DNA of 64,000 nucleotides from Verrucomicrobiota bacterium (GCA_027622665.1 JAQBYT010000001.1:256001-320000); one strand, 5' to 3'. Shown: positions 1 through 9,705, counted from the first letter of the stretch. Notes: generated by a model not told the origin, from the sequence alone. A program made the numbers and translations.

Positions 1-204
1 GGCTTGGCTCTGCTCATCGGACTCCCTGTGGGCACGAGCTCGCATGAGAGACTCCATACGTTTCTTGTTGGAATGATTAAGAGAAACGCCTTTCTTTCTG
101 GGAAGCAACCAGTTGCGGGCGTAGCCTGCTCTAACTTTAACGATGTCTCCCTCCGCTCCGAGGTTGTCGACTTTTTCGACTAAAAGTATTTCTGTTGTGG
201 CCAT
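1..204 (-). CDS. rplI: 50S ribosomal protein L9 (5' part, runs off window)
   Basis: Manual translation from ATG at 204: [35 protein letters not shown], the L9 N-terminal motif; follows rpsF-ssb. Confidence 0.95.
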   Translation of the reverse strand, partial: MATTEILLVEKVDNLGAEGDIVKVRAGYARNWLLPRKKGVSLNHSNKKRMESLMRARAHRESDEQSQA

Positions 205-251
205 AATAGTAAAGTTAAAGAAATTAAAGATAGATGTTTATTGAATTAGTT

Positions 252-734
252 TTAGAAAGGAACATCTTCGTTCAAGTCGGGGTCGCCAGCAGATGGAGAC
301 GAACTATCCGGTACGGCATTTGCACTATCTGGGGCGACTCGAGCAGCTTGAGCTTGTGAGGCGCCAGAATCCGGTTCGCGGGACTGACCTTCGTAACCAT
401 CTTGCTTTGCTCCCATGAATTCCCAGTTTTCCAAATCTACGAGCAACTTGCTACGTTTTTCACCTGTTTGTGATTCCCACTGTTTCAGCTTGAGGCGACC
501 TTCAACGAAAATTGGCTTACCCTTTGAAAAAAATCTGGCAAGTGCTTCACCTCGTGGCCCAAAAGATTCCACATCGACAAACGTGGTCTCTTCACGCCTG
601 TTCCCCTCCGCATCCTTGAAGTTTCGGTTAATAGCTAAACCAAAATTGCAGACGGATCGACCGCTCGGAAGCATTCGCACCTCCGGGTCACGAGTCAGGT
701 TGCCGATGAGAAGCACTTTATTGAGGGAGGCCAT
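252..734 (-). CDS. ssb: single-stranded DNA-binding protein
   Basis: LNKVLLIGNLTRDPE OB-fold start and acidic C-terminal EDVPF tip. Confidence 0.97.
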   Translation of the reverse strand: MASLNKVLLIGNLTRDPEVRMLPSGRSVCNFGLAINRNFKDAEGNRREETTFVDVESFGPRGEALARFFSKGKPIFVEGRLKLKQWESQTGEKRSKLLVDLENWEFMGAKQDGYEGQSREPDSGASQAQAARVAPDSANAVPDSSSPSAGDPDLNEDVPF

Positions 735-772
735 GGCGCGAGATCGTTAGGGAGTCTAATACGAATAAGAAA

Positions 773-1063
773 TCAAAGGCGTTCGACAACTATCCGATCG
801 ACATTTTTTTCCAAGGAAAGTTTTTTGAGCAAGCGAGAGGGAAGTTCGGGCTCAGCTTCTATATCAAATTGAAAGTATACGCCATTGGAGAGATTGCTAC
901 TCGAATTGCGGGCAAAGTCGCGAGGTCCGAGATTTTCAACTTTTTTTACTTCTCCCTCAACTGAACGTATAACATCGCTCATCTGAGAGATAAATTCATC
1001 GGAACCACCTTCGTTGCCCCGAGGATCAAGAACCATCGTAGCTTTATAATTTCGTTTGCTCAT
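773..1063 (-). CDS. rpsF: 30S ribosomal protein S6
   Basis: 96 aa; RNYKATMVLDP...VENLGPRDFA S6-like pattern; synteny with ssb/rplI. Confidence 0.9.
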   Translation of the reverse strand: MSKRNYKATMVLDPRGNEGGSDEFISQMSDVIRSVEGEVKKVENLGPRDFARNSSSNLSNGVYFQFDIEAEPELPSRLLKKLSLEKNVDRIVVERL

Positions 1064-1079
1064 CTAATTTAATTCGTTC

Positions 1080-1655
1080 TTATGTTGTTTGATTTACAGA
1101 ATTCATGGCATGTGCGCAACCCTTGTCAAGAACCTCACGCAATGTGCACAAAAAAAAGTCCGTTCTTTCAGTAAATAGTTGGGCTTCTTGAATCGTCAAT
1201 CGGCTTAATACGTGATCGGCCAAATCCATCCGGGAATCTTTCTTCATGCCCACCCCGAGTCGAAACCGAATAAAGTCGGAACCGATGGCACGTATTATGT
1301 CCTTGACCCCATTGTGACCACCAGGACCACGATTGCATGACAACCTTATTTGGCCTGTCGGAAAAGCAGTGTCGTCGTGAATCACGATCGTTTCGGAGTG
1401 AACGCATTTGTGGTAATCGAGAAGAGGTTTCAAATACTCGCCGCTGCAATTCATGAAATTGCCTGGTTTGACGAGGATTAATGATTTTCCGAAACTGGAT
1501 GCTATGGCCATCTTGGAATGGAAACATGGTTTGTCTTTCCACGGAACATCTAGTTTTCGGGCAAACTCGTCCACCAACCAATACCCTGCATTGTGACGAG
1601 TTCCTGAATATTCCGGACCAGGATTTCCAAGACCAACGATTGCTATCGGACACAC
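1080..1655 (-). CDS. pth: peptidyl-tRNA hydrolase
   Basis: VGLGNPGPEYSGTRHNAG, HDD and GGHNG motifs; GTG start uncertain. Confidence 0.97.
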   Translation of the reverse strand: MCPIAIVGLGNPGPEYSGTRHNAGYWLVDEFARKLDVPWKDKPCFHSKMAIASSFGKSLILVKPGNFMNCSGEYLKPLLDYHKCVHSETIVIHDDTAFPTGQIRLSCNRGPGGHNGVKDIIRAIGSDFIRFRLGVGMKKDSRMDLADHVLSRLTIQEAQLFTERTDFFLCTLREVLDKGCAHAMNSVNQTT

Positions 1656-1726
1656 GAGTCATGCTGAATGTAAGAGAAGACGCAAACCCGAGACCGGAGA
1701 AGGGGGGATTTCAATCTTCGGACTCA

Positions 1727-2407
1727 TCAGTTTTTCTCCGAATCGCCTTCTTTGGAAGAAGCATTCGATTCGTCGCCTTCGGCAATTCCGGCCCCGTCTC
1801 CGAGAGCCTCTTCGTCCCCATCGGTAGCAGAAGCACGACCACTGGCACTTGCTACGCAAGCGACAAGAACTTGCAAAGGATCGCCAGGAAAAGAAACGCC
1901 ATCAATTTTAGGAAGATCCTTGACTTGCAAATAGTCTCCTAGATCCAATTCGGTAACGTCAACCTCGATCGAGGAAGGCAAGGCACTTGGACGGCAACGT
2001 ATCTCAACCTCGTTCGTATTAACTTCAAGAATACCGCCGGTCATCTTCACGCCCACAGCCTCTCCTACGATTTCCAACGGGACCTTGGTCTGGAGTTCCT
2101 GACCACGGGTCACCTGAATAAAATCGATATGCAAGATGGCATCCGTCAGAGGATGACGCTGCATTTCCTTAATCAATGCCAACTCATCTTCCCCGTCACC
2201 CGACTGGAGACGAAAAAGAGACGCGGCACCAGCAGAATTTCGCTTCAACTGGCGAAACTCCCGTTCATCAAGTGAATAAGATTTGTTCAGGTCTTTGCCA
2301 TAATAGATTATGGGGATTCGACCAGAGGAACGCAGCTTTTTACAAGCATACCTACCGCTTTGCTCACGTAAGGCGACATTGAGGGTTAGATCGTTTAATT
2401 TGGACAT
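1727..2407 (-). CDS. rplY: 50S ribosomal protein L25/Ctc (long form, acidic tail)
   Basis: LRSSGRIPIIYYG and HIDF motifs, TL5 C-terminal domain; rplY-pth synteny. Confidence 0.95.
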   Translation of the reverse strand: MSKLNDLTLNVALREQSGRYACKKLRSSGRIPIIYYGKDLNKSYSLDEREFRQLKRNSAGAASLFRLQSGDGEDELALIKEMQRHPLTDAILHIDFIQVTRGQELQTKVPLEIVGEAVGVKMTGGILEVNTNEVEIRCRPSALPSSIEVDVTELDLGDYLQVKDLPKIDGVSFPGDPLQVLVACVASASGRASATDGDEEALGDGAGIAEGDESNASSKEGDSEKN

Positions 2408-2443
2408 CGTTGATGGGCTCCTTTTTTTGGGGGAAAGTGAAAA

Positions 2444-2472
2444 AAAATAGCTAGTTATCCAAAGAAGTGCAA
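2444..2472 (-). promoter_or_regulatory. putative sigma70 promoter of the rplY-pth-rpsF-ssb-rplI operon
   Basis: TTGCAC-17 nt-TATTTT on the minus strand, ~35 nt upstream of the rplY start. Confidence 0.5.
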
Positions 2473-2538
2473 GTAAACTCGCAGTTTAACGGCATTTAGA
2501 AATTTCGTTCGGCAGCTTGAATCCGAAAGTGGGCTAGG

Positions 2539-5500
2539 CTATTTGGGAGGCGTAGTTGAAGAGAGGTAGGCGAAAAAGTGACGAAACTCCTCCGCGGTCA
2601 GAGATTCGAGCAGACCTGAGGGCATGAGTGAGCGTCTGGCGGGAGCGAGGTTGGCGATTTGGTTACGGGGAACCACGTGATCTTGCCCATCGAGACCGCG
2701 AAGAATAAGTACCTTGGGGTTTTCCTCAACCTTGAAGCCACTCAGTATCCGACCATCCTTGGTGCTAAGGATGTTGTGTTCGTAGCCTTCGCGAATCTCG
2801 GCGCTTGGACGAACAATAGCGAGGAGCATGGCGTTTAGGTCCGACCTATCGTAGGATGTGAGGTCGGGACCGATGCGCCCCCCCTTGCCAAACAAAACAT
2901 GGCAAGCGGCGCAACCTGCCCGACCAAAGAAAAGGCTTTCTCCCATCTTGGGATTTCCGCCGCCCAAAGAGGCAAGGGAACGATAGCGGGTCATTTCTCG
3001 ATCGAGTTCGATTTCCGTTTGCAATTCGATGGAACTGAATTCAGCGATGAGCAGTTTTTGCAGCTGAGGCAAATCGTGCAGCCTTAGTTTGGCGAGAATT
3101 TCCCGAGTGAGGGTTTCGCGAGAGATCCTTTCGGAAACGCATGCTTCGACCAACCCCAAAGCCCAGCCTGCGCGGCTCGCCAACAAATGTACGGCACCTG
3201 TACGAAGTTCTTCGGGCAAATTGGGGAAAGCGATAGTTATGGTTTTTCCAATTTCGGGTCGGTCGAACTTCTGTAAGCTCAGCAAGGCTTCGCGCCGGAG
3301 GGGCATTTCCTTTCCCGCCGAAACAAGACCCAGTAAGACAGGAACCGCTCGAAACTCTTTCACGTCACCCAAGATCCTAGTAAATTGGATGCGGAGGTCG
3401 AGGGGGGCCTTACTGTCCTTCAGTCGGTCGATAGCCTTGATTGTCGCCTCCTTGTCGCCTCGACGGAGAATGAGTGAGAGGTTTTCTTGCCCGCGTGCCT
3501 TGGACAATGCACGGGAAAGGCTCTCGGGCAAAGGTGGCAAGGTCCGTCCCTCAAAGGCTTTTTCAAATCCTTCCAAAAGTAGGGCAGTATTTGCGGCATC
3601 GGGTGCCAGTGCCAGCAAGTGGGCACAGGCTTCCAATTCGGCTTGCCCACCGGACAAGGCCCATCTCCGCATGAGGTTTTGCTGAGGAAGCGCACCGTCT
3701 GCCTGTAAGTGACTATTCCAATTTGCAGGGTCTTTGAAATGCACTAACGTCGAGTCGAGTTCTGAGGCATGAGTTTCGAATCCCCACCAGACAAGGAGCG
3801 GAAGGTGAGGGTCTCCCGCGTCTTCCTTGAGCCGTGCAAGACGCGCAAGAAGAGGCAAGCCTTCGCGGGCAGGAAGACGGCGGGCACTGGCGGCTAGCTG
3901 TGAACGAACTTCGGCATCGGTTTCGTATCCCGCCATTTCAGCCAATCTTTTGGCAACCTCTGGAGAAACCTCTCTCTGATCACCCAGTAAGCGTACCGTC
4001 CATCGACGCACATGAGGATTCTTGTGCCCGAGAGTCTCCAGCGCAACCTCCTTGCCGAATCCACCGCACAAGTTCAATGCCCATAAAGCCTGCAGGGCGG
4101 GTTGCCCGAATTCCTCTTGAAGAATTGCACGGAGCTTTGGGACATGCGCCGAGTCCGGATGGTCGCCCAATATCCGCAGTGCGGTTTCACGATGCCAGCG
4201 ATTCTGGTGTCGCAGGGCCGTCTGCAACAGGTTGGCGGGAGAGAAAGGGTCACCAAGCCGAACATGCTTCGCTCCCTTGGCCTTGAGCCGATAGATTCGA
4301 CCGAGATCGGCATCGGTAAGACCCTTGGAGTAAGCGATGTAATGAGCGACCTGTCTGGCATGGAAGTCGGCCACGTACAAGTTGCCGTCGGGACCGGTCT
4401 GGATTTCCACGGGCGAGAACCAACGATCATCAGGATCTGCTCCAATGGTGATAGGCTTGTCCATGTCTTCCGTGCGAAAGGTGGATCCATGTGATCTGAG
4501 ATCACTGGCCACAACGTAACGGAGGGTGGGTGCGACTCCAAATAGTTTTCCGTGATAGCGTTTCGGCAGGGCCGTCCCTTCATAAATCTCGAAGGTGTGG
4601 GTGAATCGTTTCACCTTCGGATGAGCCATAGACGGGAAGTGACCGAACGCGTAAGGATTGGACAAGTTGCCATGCTTGCCGAAGGTTTTGCGGTAGTAGC
4701 CTCCTTGCACATAGTGGAACCCGCGCGTATCACCGCCATTGTGACCGGAATAGACTCGTCCCTTCGAATCGATCTCTACCCCAAAGGCATTACCGCCACC
4801 CTCCGCGAAGACCTCGAAGCGATGAGTCTCGGGCTGATAACGCCAAGCAAATTGGCCCATGCGGTGAATCGGCTTGAATCCAGGTATGGGCTTGTTATCG
4901 GGGCCATGCAGAACGACGTTAGCCGTTACAGTGCTCCCGTGGGTGGCGTAAATCCAACCATCCGGCCCCCAACGCAGGTTGTTGGCAATAGAATGGGAAT
5001 CCTCCAAGCCGAAACCTGAGAGGAGGATGCTCGGGGTGGGGGAGTCGGGACGGTCGTCCCCGTCCTTGTCGGCATAAAACAGCAGATAAGGAGGATTGAG
5101 AACGAAGACTCCGTCACGACCCTTCAAGGCGGCAGTTGCAAGGTTGAGTCCATCCAGAAAAACCTTGTGGGAATCAAAAGTACCGTCGCCATCGGTATCC
5201 TCGTGGATGGATATTCGATCCTTCCCTCGAAAAGGAGAATTGGACGCGTGGGGTGGAGGCGGAGGGTGGGGTGGGTCGTAGACGTTTCGAAAGACTTTGT
5301 CGTGAGAGATCATCCTCAATCCAGCAGGCCAAGGGTACTGCCTGTACTCAACCACCCACATACGGCCTCGTTCGTCAAAGTTGACGTAAAGCGGGTTGGC
5401 TACATCCGGTTCACGCAGCACGAGTTCGATTTCCAAATCGTCCGGCGTTATTAGTTCAGGAAGGCGGGCTTCTTCAAAGGGAACAGGCTTTCGGAATTTG

Positions 5501-6270
5501 CCGGGCAATTTCCGACTCAAACACCAATGAATCGCATTAATCAATAAGTGGCGAAAAGCAACTGTTTCAAAATCATTTGGGTGCCCGAGGGACGTGTTGA
5601 AAACCCTATTCCCCCATATTGGTTTGTTGGTCCATGCCACGGGTTCCGCTGCATCGACACCTTCCGCCCTGCCTGAAACCAGAATTTGAGTCGTTGAGGC
5701 TAGCGGTGAAACTTGGTAAAGCGACCCGCCCGATGGCACTTCTTTGGCCGATTGCAAGCCGTCGAGTATGGGATGCCCTTTTGCGGTAGGCTCAATCCTA
5801 AACCATGTCTTTTTGTCGGAACCATAATGATTGGAATAGTTGCCACCAAGCACCTCGGCATCCCAGCCCTCCCACAACGCATGTCCCGCCGGAACAGCCT
5901 TTCCCCTCAAATGGAATGCGTGACTCGCTGTGCGAATCCCGACTACGGGCTTTCCCGCTTTAACCCAAGAACGAATCGAATTCATCTGAGAAATCTTCGG
6001 GCCGCGACGACGAACGCTCACAAACAGCAAATCAGCCCCCTCTAAAGCCCGTTCCGTTCCCTTTAAATCGTTTCGTCCATCTCCATCGTCTGGGGCAATA
6101 ACATATATCGCACGAAACCCTAATGGCTTCAATTCCGATTCGTAGAATGTCGGGACTGTCTTGAGCGTATTATATTCCCGTTCAGCTAAAACAAACGCTA
6201 TCGTCGCATCTTCCCCAAGGGTACAACAGAGCGATAACAACAGGAGGACAAGCAGCCGAAAAAACCTCAT
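2539..6270 (-). CDS. PVC-type heme-binding membrane-bound dehydrogenase-like protein (signal peptide, ThuA-like domain, glucose/sorbosone-dehydrogenase-like beta-propeller, HEAT repeats, C-terminal cytochrome c)
   Basis: Signal-like MRFFRLLVLLLLSLCC (ATG 6270); FNTSLGH; FDERGRMWVVEYRQYP; EDTDGDG; NNLRWGPDGWIY; HEAT-like VRRWTVRLLGD; CAACH...IGPDLT...SLMPSGL. Confidence 0.85.
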   Translation of the reverse strand: MRFFRLLVLLLLSLCCTLGEDATIAFVLAEREYNTLKTVPTFYESELKPLGFRAIYVIAPDDGDGRNDLKGTERALEGADLLFVSVRRRGPKISQMNSIRSWVKAGKPVVGIRTASHAFHLRGKAVPAGHALWEGWDAEVLGGNYSNHYGSDKKTWFRIEPTAKGHPILDGLQSAKEVPSGGSLYQVSPLASTTQILVSGRAEGVDAAEPVAWTNKPIWGNRVFNTSLGHPNDFETVAFRHLLINAIHWCLSRKLPGKFRKPVPFEEARLPELITPDDLEIELVLREPDVANPLYVNFDERGRMWVVEYRQYPWPAGLRMISHDKVFRNVYDPPHPPPPPHASNSPFRGKDRISIHEDTDGDGTFDSHKVFLDGLNLATAALKGRDGVFVLNPPYLLFYADKDGDDRPDSPTPSILLSGFGLEDSHSIANNLRWGPDGWIYATHGSTVTANVVLHGPDNKPIPGFKPIHRMGQFAWRYQPETHRFEVFAEGGGNAFGVEIDSKGRVYSGHNGGDTRGFHYVQGGYYRKTFGKHGNLSNPYAFGHFPSMAHPKVKRFTHTFEIYEGTALPKRYHGKLFGVAPTLRYVVASDLRSHGSTFRTEDMDKPITIGADPDDRWFSPVEIQTGPDGNLYVADFHARQVAHYIAYSKGLTDADLGRIYRLKAKGAKHVRLGDPFSPANLLQTALRHQNRWHRETALRILGDHPDSAHVPKLRAILQEEFGQPALQALWALNLCGGFGKEVALETLGHKNPHVRRWTVRLLGDQREVSPEVAKRLAEMAGYETDAEVRSQLAASARRLPAREGLPLLARLARLKEDAGDPHLPLLVWWGFETHASELDSTLVHFKDPANWNSHLQADGALPQQNLMRRWALSGGQAELEACAHLLALAPDAANTALLLEGFEKAFEGRTLPPLPESLSRALSKARGQENLSLILRRGDKEATIKAIDRLKDSKAPLDLRIQFTRILGDVKEFRAVPVLLGLVSAGKEMPLRREALLSLQKFDRPEIGKTITIAFPNLPEELRTGAVHLLASRAGWALGLVEACVSERISRETLTREILAKLRLHDLPQLQKLLIAEFSSIELQTEIELDREMTRYRSLASLGGGNPKMGESLFFGRAGCAACHVLFGKGGRIGPDLTSYDRSDLNAMLLAIVRPSAEIREGYEHNILSTKDGRILSGFKVEENPKVLILRGLDGQDHVVPRNQIANLAPARRSLMPSGLLESLTAEEFRHFFAYLSSTTPPK

Positions 6271-6348
6271 GCCGTCATCACAATCATACCGGAGGCCTAG
6301 GTCAAACCAACGTTCACAACTCAATGGGTCGGCAACAAAAAAGCAACT

Positions 6349-7785
6349 TCAAGCAGTAGGCAAAAGTTCTTGAATCGGGGAGCCATATGGCAGGATAGGC
6401 ATAGGGCGACCGGCACGGTCGGGAAACGCAATATTATAATCTATGCCCAAATGTCGGTAAACGGTGGCCCAAAGGTCGTTGGGAGACAAGGGCCGCTCGA
6501 CAGGTTCCTCGCCCTTCGAATCGGTTGCCCCAATCACCTGACCCGTGCGCATACCACCACCGGAAACGAGCATGCTCATTGCCCGCGGCCAATGGTCCCG
6601 GCCAGGTTGATTCACCTTTGTCTTCGTGCCCTTGCCTATCGAAATGCGGGGAGTGCGGCCGAACTCGCCCGTAACGACAAGCATGACCTTCTTGTTTAAA
6701 CCTCTTTCATAAAGGTCCTCCACCATCGCGGTGATAACCTTGTCGTAGATCGGAAGGCGCACCTTTGAATCCTTGAAAATGTGGGCGTTCACGGCATGAC
6801 TGTCCCAATTGTAGGCACCTTCATCGATCCAAGGCACACCAGTATCGCCGTAAGGATTTTCCATTACTACCGTCACCCAATTTGCTCCCGCTTCCACCAA
6901 CCGACGAGCCAGCAACGCTCGAGTCCCCCAGTTATGGTTGCTGAATCGATCTCGAGTGCGCTGAGATTCCTTACTCAAATCAAAGGCATCGCGCACATTT
7001 TCGGAAGTCATCATACTCAATGCGCGCTGGTTAAAAAGATCCATCGAGTTAAAAACACCGCTGTTGTCAACGTCCCGACGCATCCGGTCGAAATTATGAA
7101 GGAGTGAGGTTCGGTCGTTAAGCCGGTCGGACAGACTTTTATCGATATCGATGTTCTCGACCTTGAAGTCCTTTTTACTTGGATCGGCCGAAATGGCAAA
7201 AGGATGGGTCTCCGCACCCAAATAGGCAGATCCAAAACTAAAAGTGTCGATCCCGTTGACCCTACCATTACCGAGAGCCATATATCCAGGCATCCCTCGG
7301 GTATCCCGCTTGCCCTCGAGCGCCTTGAAGGCCATAGAGCCCACGCAGGGATAGTCATTTACGAAACCAGTCGGCTCATTTGGGTCACGACCAGTCAGAA
7401 AACGCTTATGGCCGCCGCCATGGTCGGAAAAGGTGTGGTGGACAGAGCGAATCAGGTTGTACTTGTCCGCACACTTGGCATGCATCGGCAAAAGTTCGCA
7501 AACCTCGATGCCCGGCACATTCGTACGAATGGGATTGAACTCACCTCGATGCGTATCGGGAGCATCGGGTTTCATGTCGTAGGTCTCCATGTGTGGTGCG
7601 CCACCAGGGAGCCAGACAAAGATTACCGATGTGTCCTGCGCCATGCTTCCAGCAGAAGCAGACAGGTCACGAGCCTTTAGGAGACTGCTTAAACCCAAAC
7701 CTCCGGCGGCAGCCCCACCGATTTGGAGAAAACTGCGCCGCGGCATAGGTCCCGGACACAAACCATTTAATTCTCCATGCTTCAT
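6349..7785 (-). CDS. DUF1501 domain-containing protein, Tat signal
   Basis: RRSFLQ twin-arginine motif; VIFVWLPGGAPHMETYDMKP, LLARRLVEAG, WDSH, GEFGRTP, GRDHWP motifs. Confidence 0.9.
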   Translation of the reverse strand: MKHGELNGLCPGPMPRRSFLQIGGAAAGGLGLSSLLKARDLSASAGSMAQDTSVIFVWLPGGAPHMETYDMKPDAPDTHRGEFNPIRTNVPGIEVCELLPMHAKCADKYNLIRSVHHTFSDHGGGHKRFLTGRDPNEPTGFVNDYPCVGSMAFKALEGKRDTRGMPGYMALGNGRVNGIDTFSFGSAYLGAETHPFAISADPSKKDFKVENIDIDKSLSDRLNDRTSLLHNFDRMRRDVDNSGVFNSMDLFNQRALSMMTSENVRDAFDLSKESQRTRDRFSNHNWGTRALLARRLVEAGANWVTVVMENPYGDTGVPWIDEGAYNWDSHAVNAHIFKDSKVRLPIYDKVITAMVEDLYERGLNKKVMLVVTGEFGRTPRISIGKGTKTKVNQPGRDHWPRAMSMLVSGGGMRTGQVIGATDSKGEEPVERPLSPNDLWATVYRHLGIDYNIAFPDRAGRPMPILPYGSPIQELLPTA

Positions 7786-7880
7786 CAAACAATATATTTC
7801 ATTAAAACACCTGCTTCGTCAAGAATCCAAACCTTTGCAGGAAGCAAATTCCCAGGAAAGATTTTGACGAAATTCAACAA

Positions 7881-8864
7881 TCAAGAACGCTCTTTCCAGT
7901 CGTAGGCTACCCGAGAATTTCTCCAGAAAAACTTTTCCGACTGCTCGACGGGCATTTCGGCAAGATATTCCTTCAAAATATCGATTGCCATAGAGTAGGG
8001 AGCGGTATGATCGCTGACAGGCCAATTGCTCCCGTAAAGGAGGCGATTCTCCCCGAAGATCTTCCAGAGATGATCCAATCCTGACCGATAAGTAGCCGCG
8101 TGTTGAAATTCCGGAGCAAGTTTTCTTACGATGTTTGAAACCTTTGCAAAAACATTTGGTCTTGTCGCCAGATTTTCCATAGCCCGTTCGGCAGCATCTC
8201 GCACAAATGAATCCGTTGAGATATCAAACGGGAAATGGTTGATGATGATCCGCAAAGTAGGCACTATTTCAGCCAAATTCACAATATTCGGCAACATGGC
8301 GGGTCCACCCAAGACATCCACGCTGAGCCCCTGAGCCGCGATATACCGCAAATCATCGACATAAGAAACACCCGAAAAGTCAGCCAACTCCTTTTCTCGG
8401 ATACGAATTCCTCGAAAGAGAGGGTTTTTCGCGAATAGTTCCAGATGCCCCTGGAACTCGAGGTCGCCTACCGGCAAATTGCCCACAACGCCAAGGATAG
8501 ATGGATTTTCATCCGCGAGATCGAGAAGCCATTGATTATCCTCTATTCGATGTGAAGCTTCAACCAAGATTGATTCTCGTACGGCATGAGATTCAGCTGT
8601 TTTTAAGAAATCCTTAGGCAGAACAGTACGATAAAGAAGTTTGTCCTTCTGCTCGGGCCAAACCACTCCGCCTTTGCGACCAGGATCGTAACAATGAATG
8701 TGAGCGTCGACAAAGCGTGAAACTCGCGCCTTCGAGCTTCGAGCCTTTTGCGGTTGGGTTTCAGGCCACTGCCGCACACACCCTGGCATAAGAGAACCAA
8801 TACCCAAACCACTTGCGGCAAGAAAGGTCCGACGATCAACTGCGAATTGGCGGCTCGTTGTCAT
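7881..8864 (-). CDS. Amidohydro_2 (COG3618 sugar-lactonase-like) hydrolase with Tat/lipoprotein-like signal
   Basis: DRRTFLAASGLG...PGC signal; DAHIH, RGIR, IINHF, KVS, LYGSNWP motifs. Confidence 0.85.
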   Translation of the reverse strand: MTTSRQFAVDRRTFLAASGLGIGSLMPGCVRQWPETQPQKARSSKARVSRFVDAHIHCYDPGRKGGVVWPEQKDKLLYRTVLPKDFLKTAESHAVRESILVEASHRIEDNQWLLDLADENPSILGVVGNLPVGDLEFQGHLELFAKNPLFRGIRIREKELADFSGVSYVDDLRYIAAQGLSVDVLGGPAMLPNIVNLAEIVPTLRIIINHFPFDISTDSFVRDAAERAMENLATRPNVFAKVSNIVRKLAPEFQHAATYRSGLDHLWKIFGENRLLYGSNWPVSDHTAPYSMAIDILKEYLAEMPVEQSEKFFWRNSRVAYDWKERS

Positions 8865-9044
8865 GTAATGGAGAACATCTTGAACACTTGCTTAAACAAT
8901 ATGGCTAATTATTGACCTTGATAGCAACTGCATCCAACTGCAGAGGAAGACTCATTGTCAATAGGCCTGACGACCATTAGAGAAGAAATGGAGTCGCAGC
9001 ACCGCATTCACGCCAAGAGAGAGTAGCATGTTATTATTATTTGA

Positions 9045-9086
9045 TGCCTGGTCGCTCAGTGGCAGAGCAGGTGACTGTTGATCACT
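9045..9086 (+). pseudogene. 5' fragment of a tRNA-Asn(GTT)-like gene
   Basis: TGCCTGG-TC-GCTC-AGTGGCA-GAGC-A-GGTGA-CTGTTGA-TCACT: D arm and anticodon arm pair; no T arm or 3' acceptor strand follows. Confidence 0.65.
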
Positions 9087-9518
9087 TTAAAGTCCAGAAG
9101 GAAGGCCAGTAAGCATGGGACATTCAAAAAATGCTGCTCTTTTAACTACGCTATAAAGCCGCTCTCAAATTGCCAAAGTCGCAAAGAACCTTCACATTTT
9201 GTTAAGGAACCCACCCAAGGGTTTTATCGTGCAGCGCAACACCGCACAAAGCGACCCAATCGCCAGTGGCATCGACCACGCAGGACGAGAGCGGGCTAGG
9301 ACTTAAAACAGATTTCACCAATACCCGATGTCCGACCGGATCGGGCCAATTTTGACCACCGCCAAGGCTCTCGCGAGGACCAATCGATTCAACCACATTT
9401 TGAAATTTCAGTATTCCCTCACCGTTTCCCACTAGATCTTATGCTAATCCACAACAAAAGATCATTCCCCGAAAACGCGAAAACTAAAATGTTCGCATTT
9501 GATCGGTAGGGCGTAAGA

Positions 9519-9594
9519 TGGCTCTCCGGGCTGGGCTCGAACCAGCGACCCATTGATTAACAGTCAATTGCTCTGCCAACTGAGCTACCGGAGA
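9519..9594 (-). tRNA. tRNA-Asn(GTT)
   Basis: 76-nt cloverleaf TCTCCGG...ATTGA-CTGTTAA-TCAAT...GGTTCGAGCC...CCGGAGA-G-CCA. Confidence 0.98.
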
Positions 9595-9705
9595 ATAAAA
9601 GCCTTCTTATCCTTATTTATCAATGCATCGTCAAGAACAACTTGAAACCCATTTGAGATTGGCCGCTTGCCCTCGGCGACGACTTGTTAAATTCGTTTCC
9701 TCATT

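Noticed and set aside
1168..1662. Alternative-frame 164-aa ORF over pth, suggesting a frameshift at the pth start
   Set aside because: The in-frame GTG at 1655 yields a complete Pth; the alternative frame has no recognisable features
3089..5019. Long plus-strand ORFs antisense to the heme protein, and similar shadow ORFs elsewhere (e.g. 13215-13751, 19759-20322, 37249-37761)
   Set aside because: They lie opposite well-supported genes and have no motifs; expected antisense shadows
9087..9518. Intron interrupting the 5' tRNA-Asn fragment, or the short ORFs 9078-9299 and 9202-9432
   Set aside because: The break is after the complete anticodon stem rather than in the loop, no matching 3' exon was found, and the ORFs have no recognisable motifs
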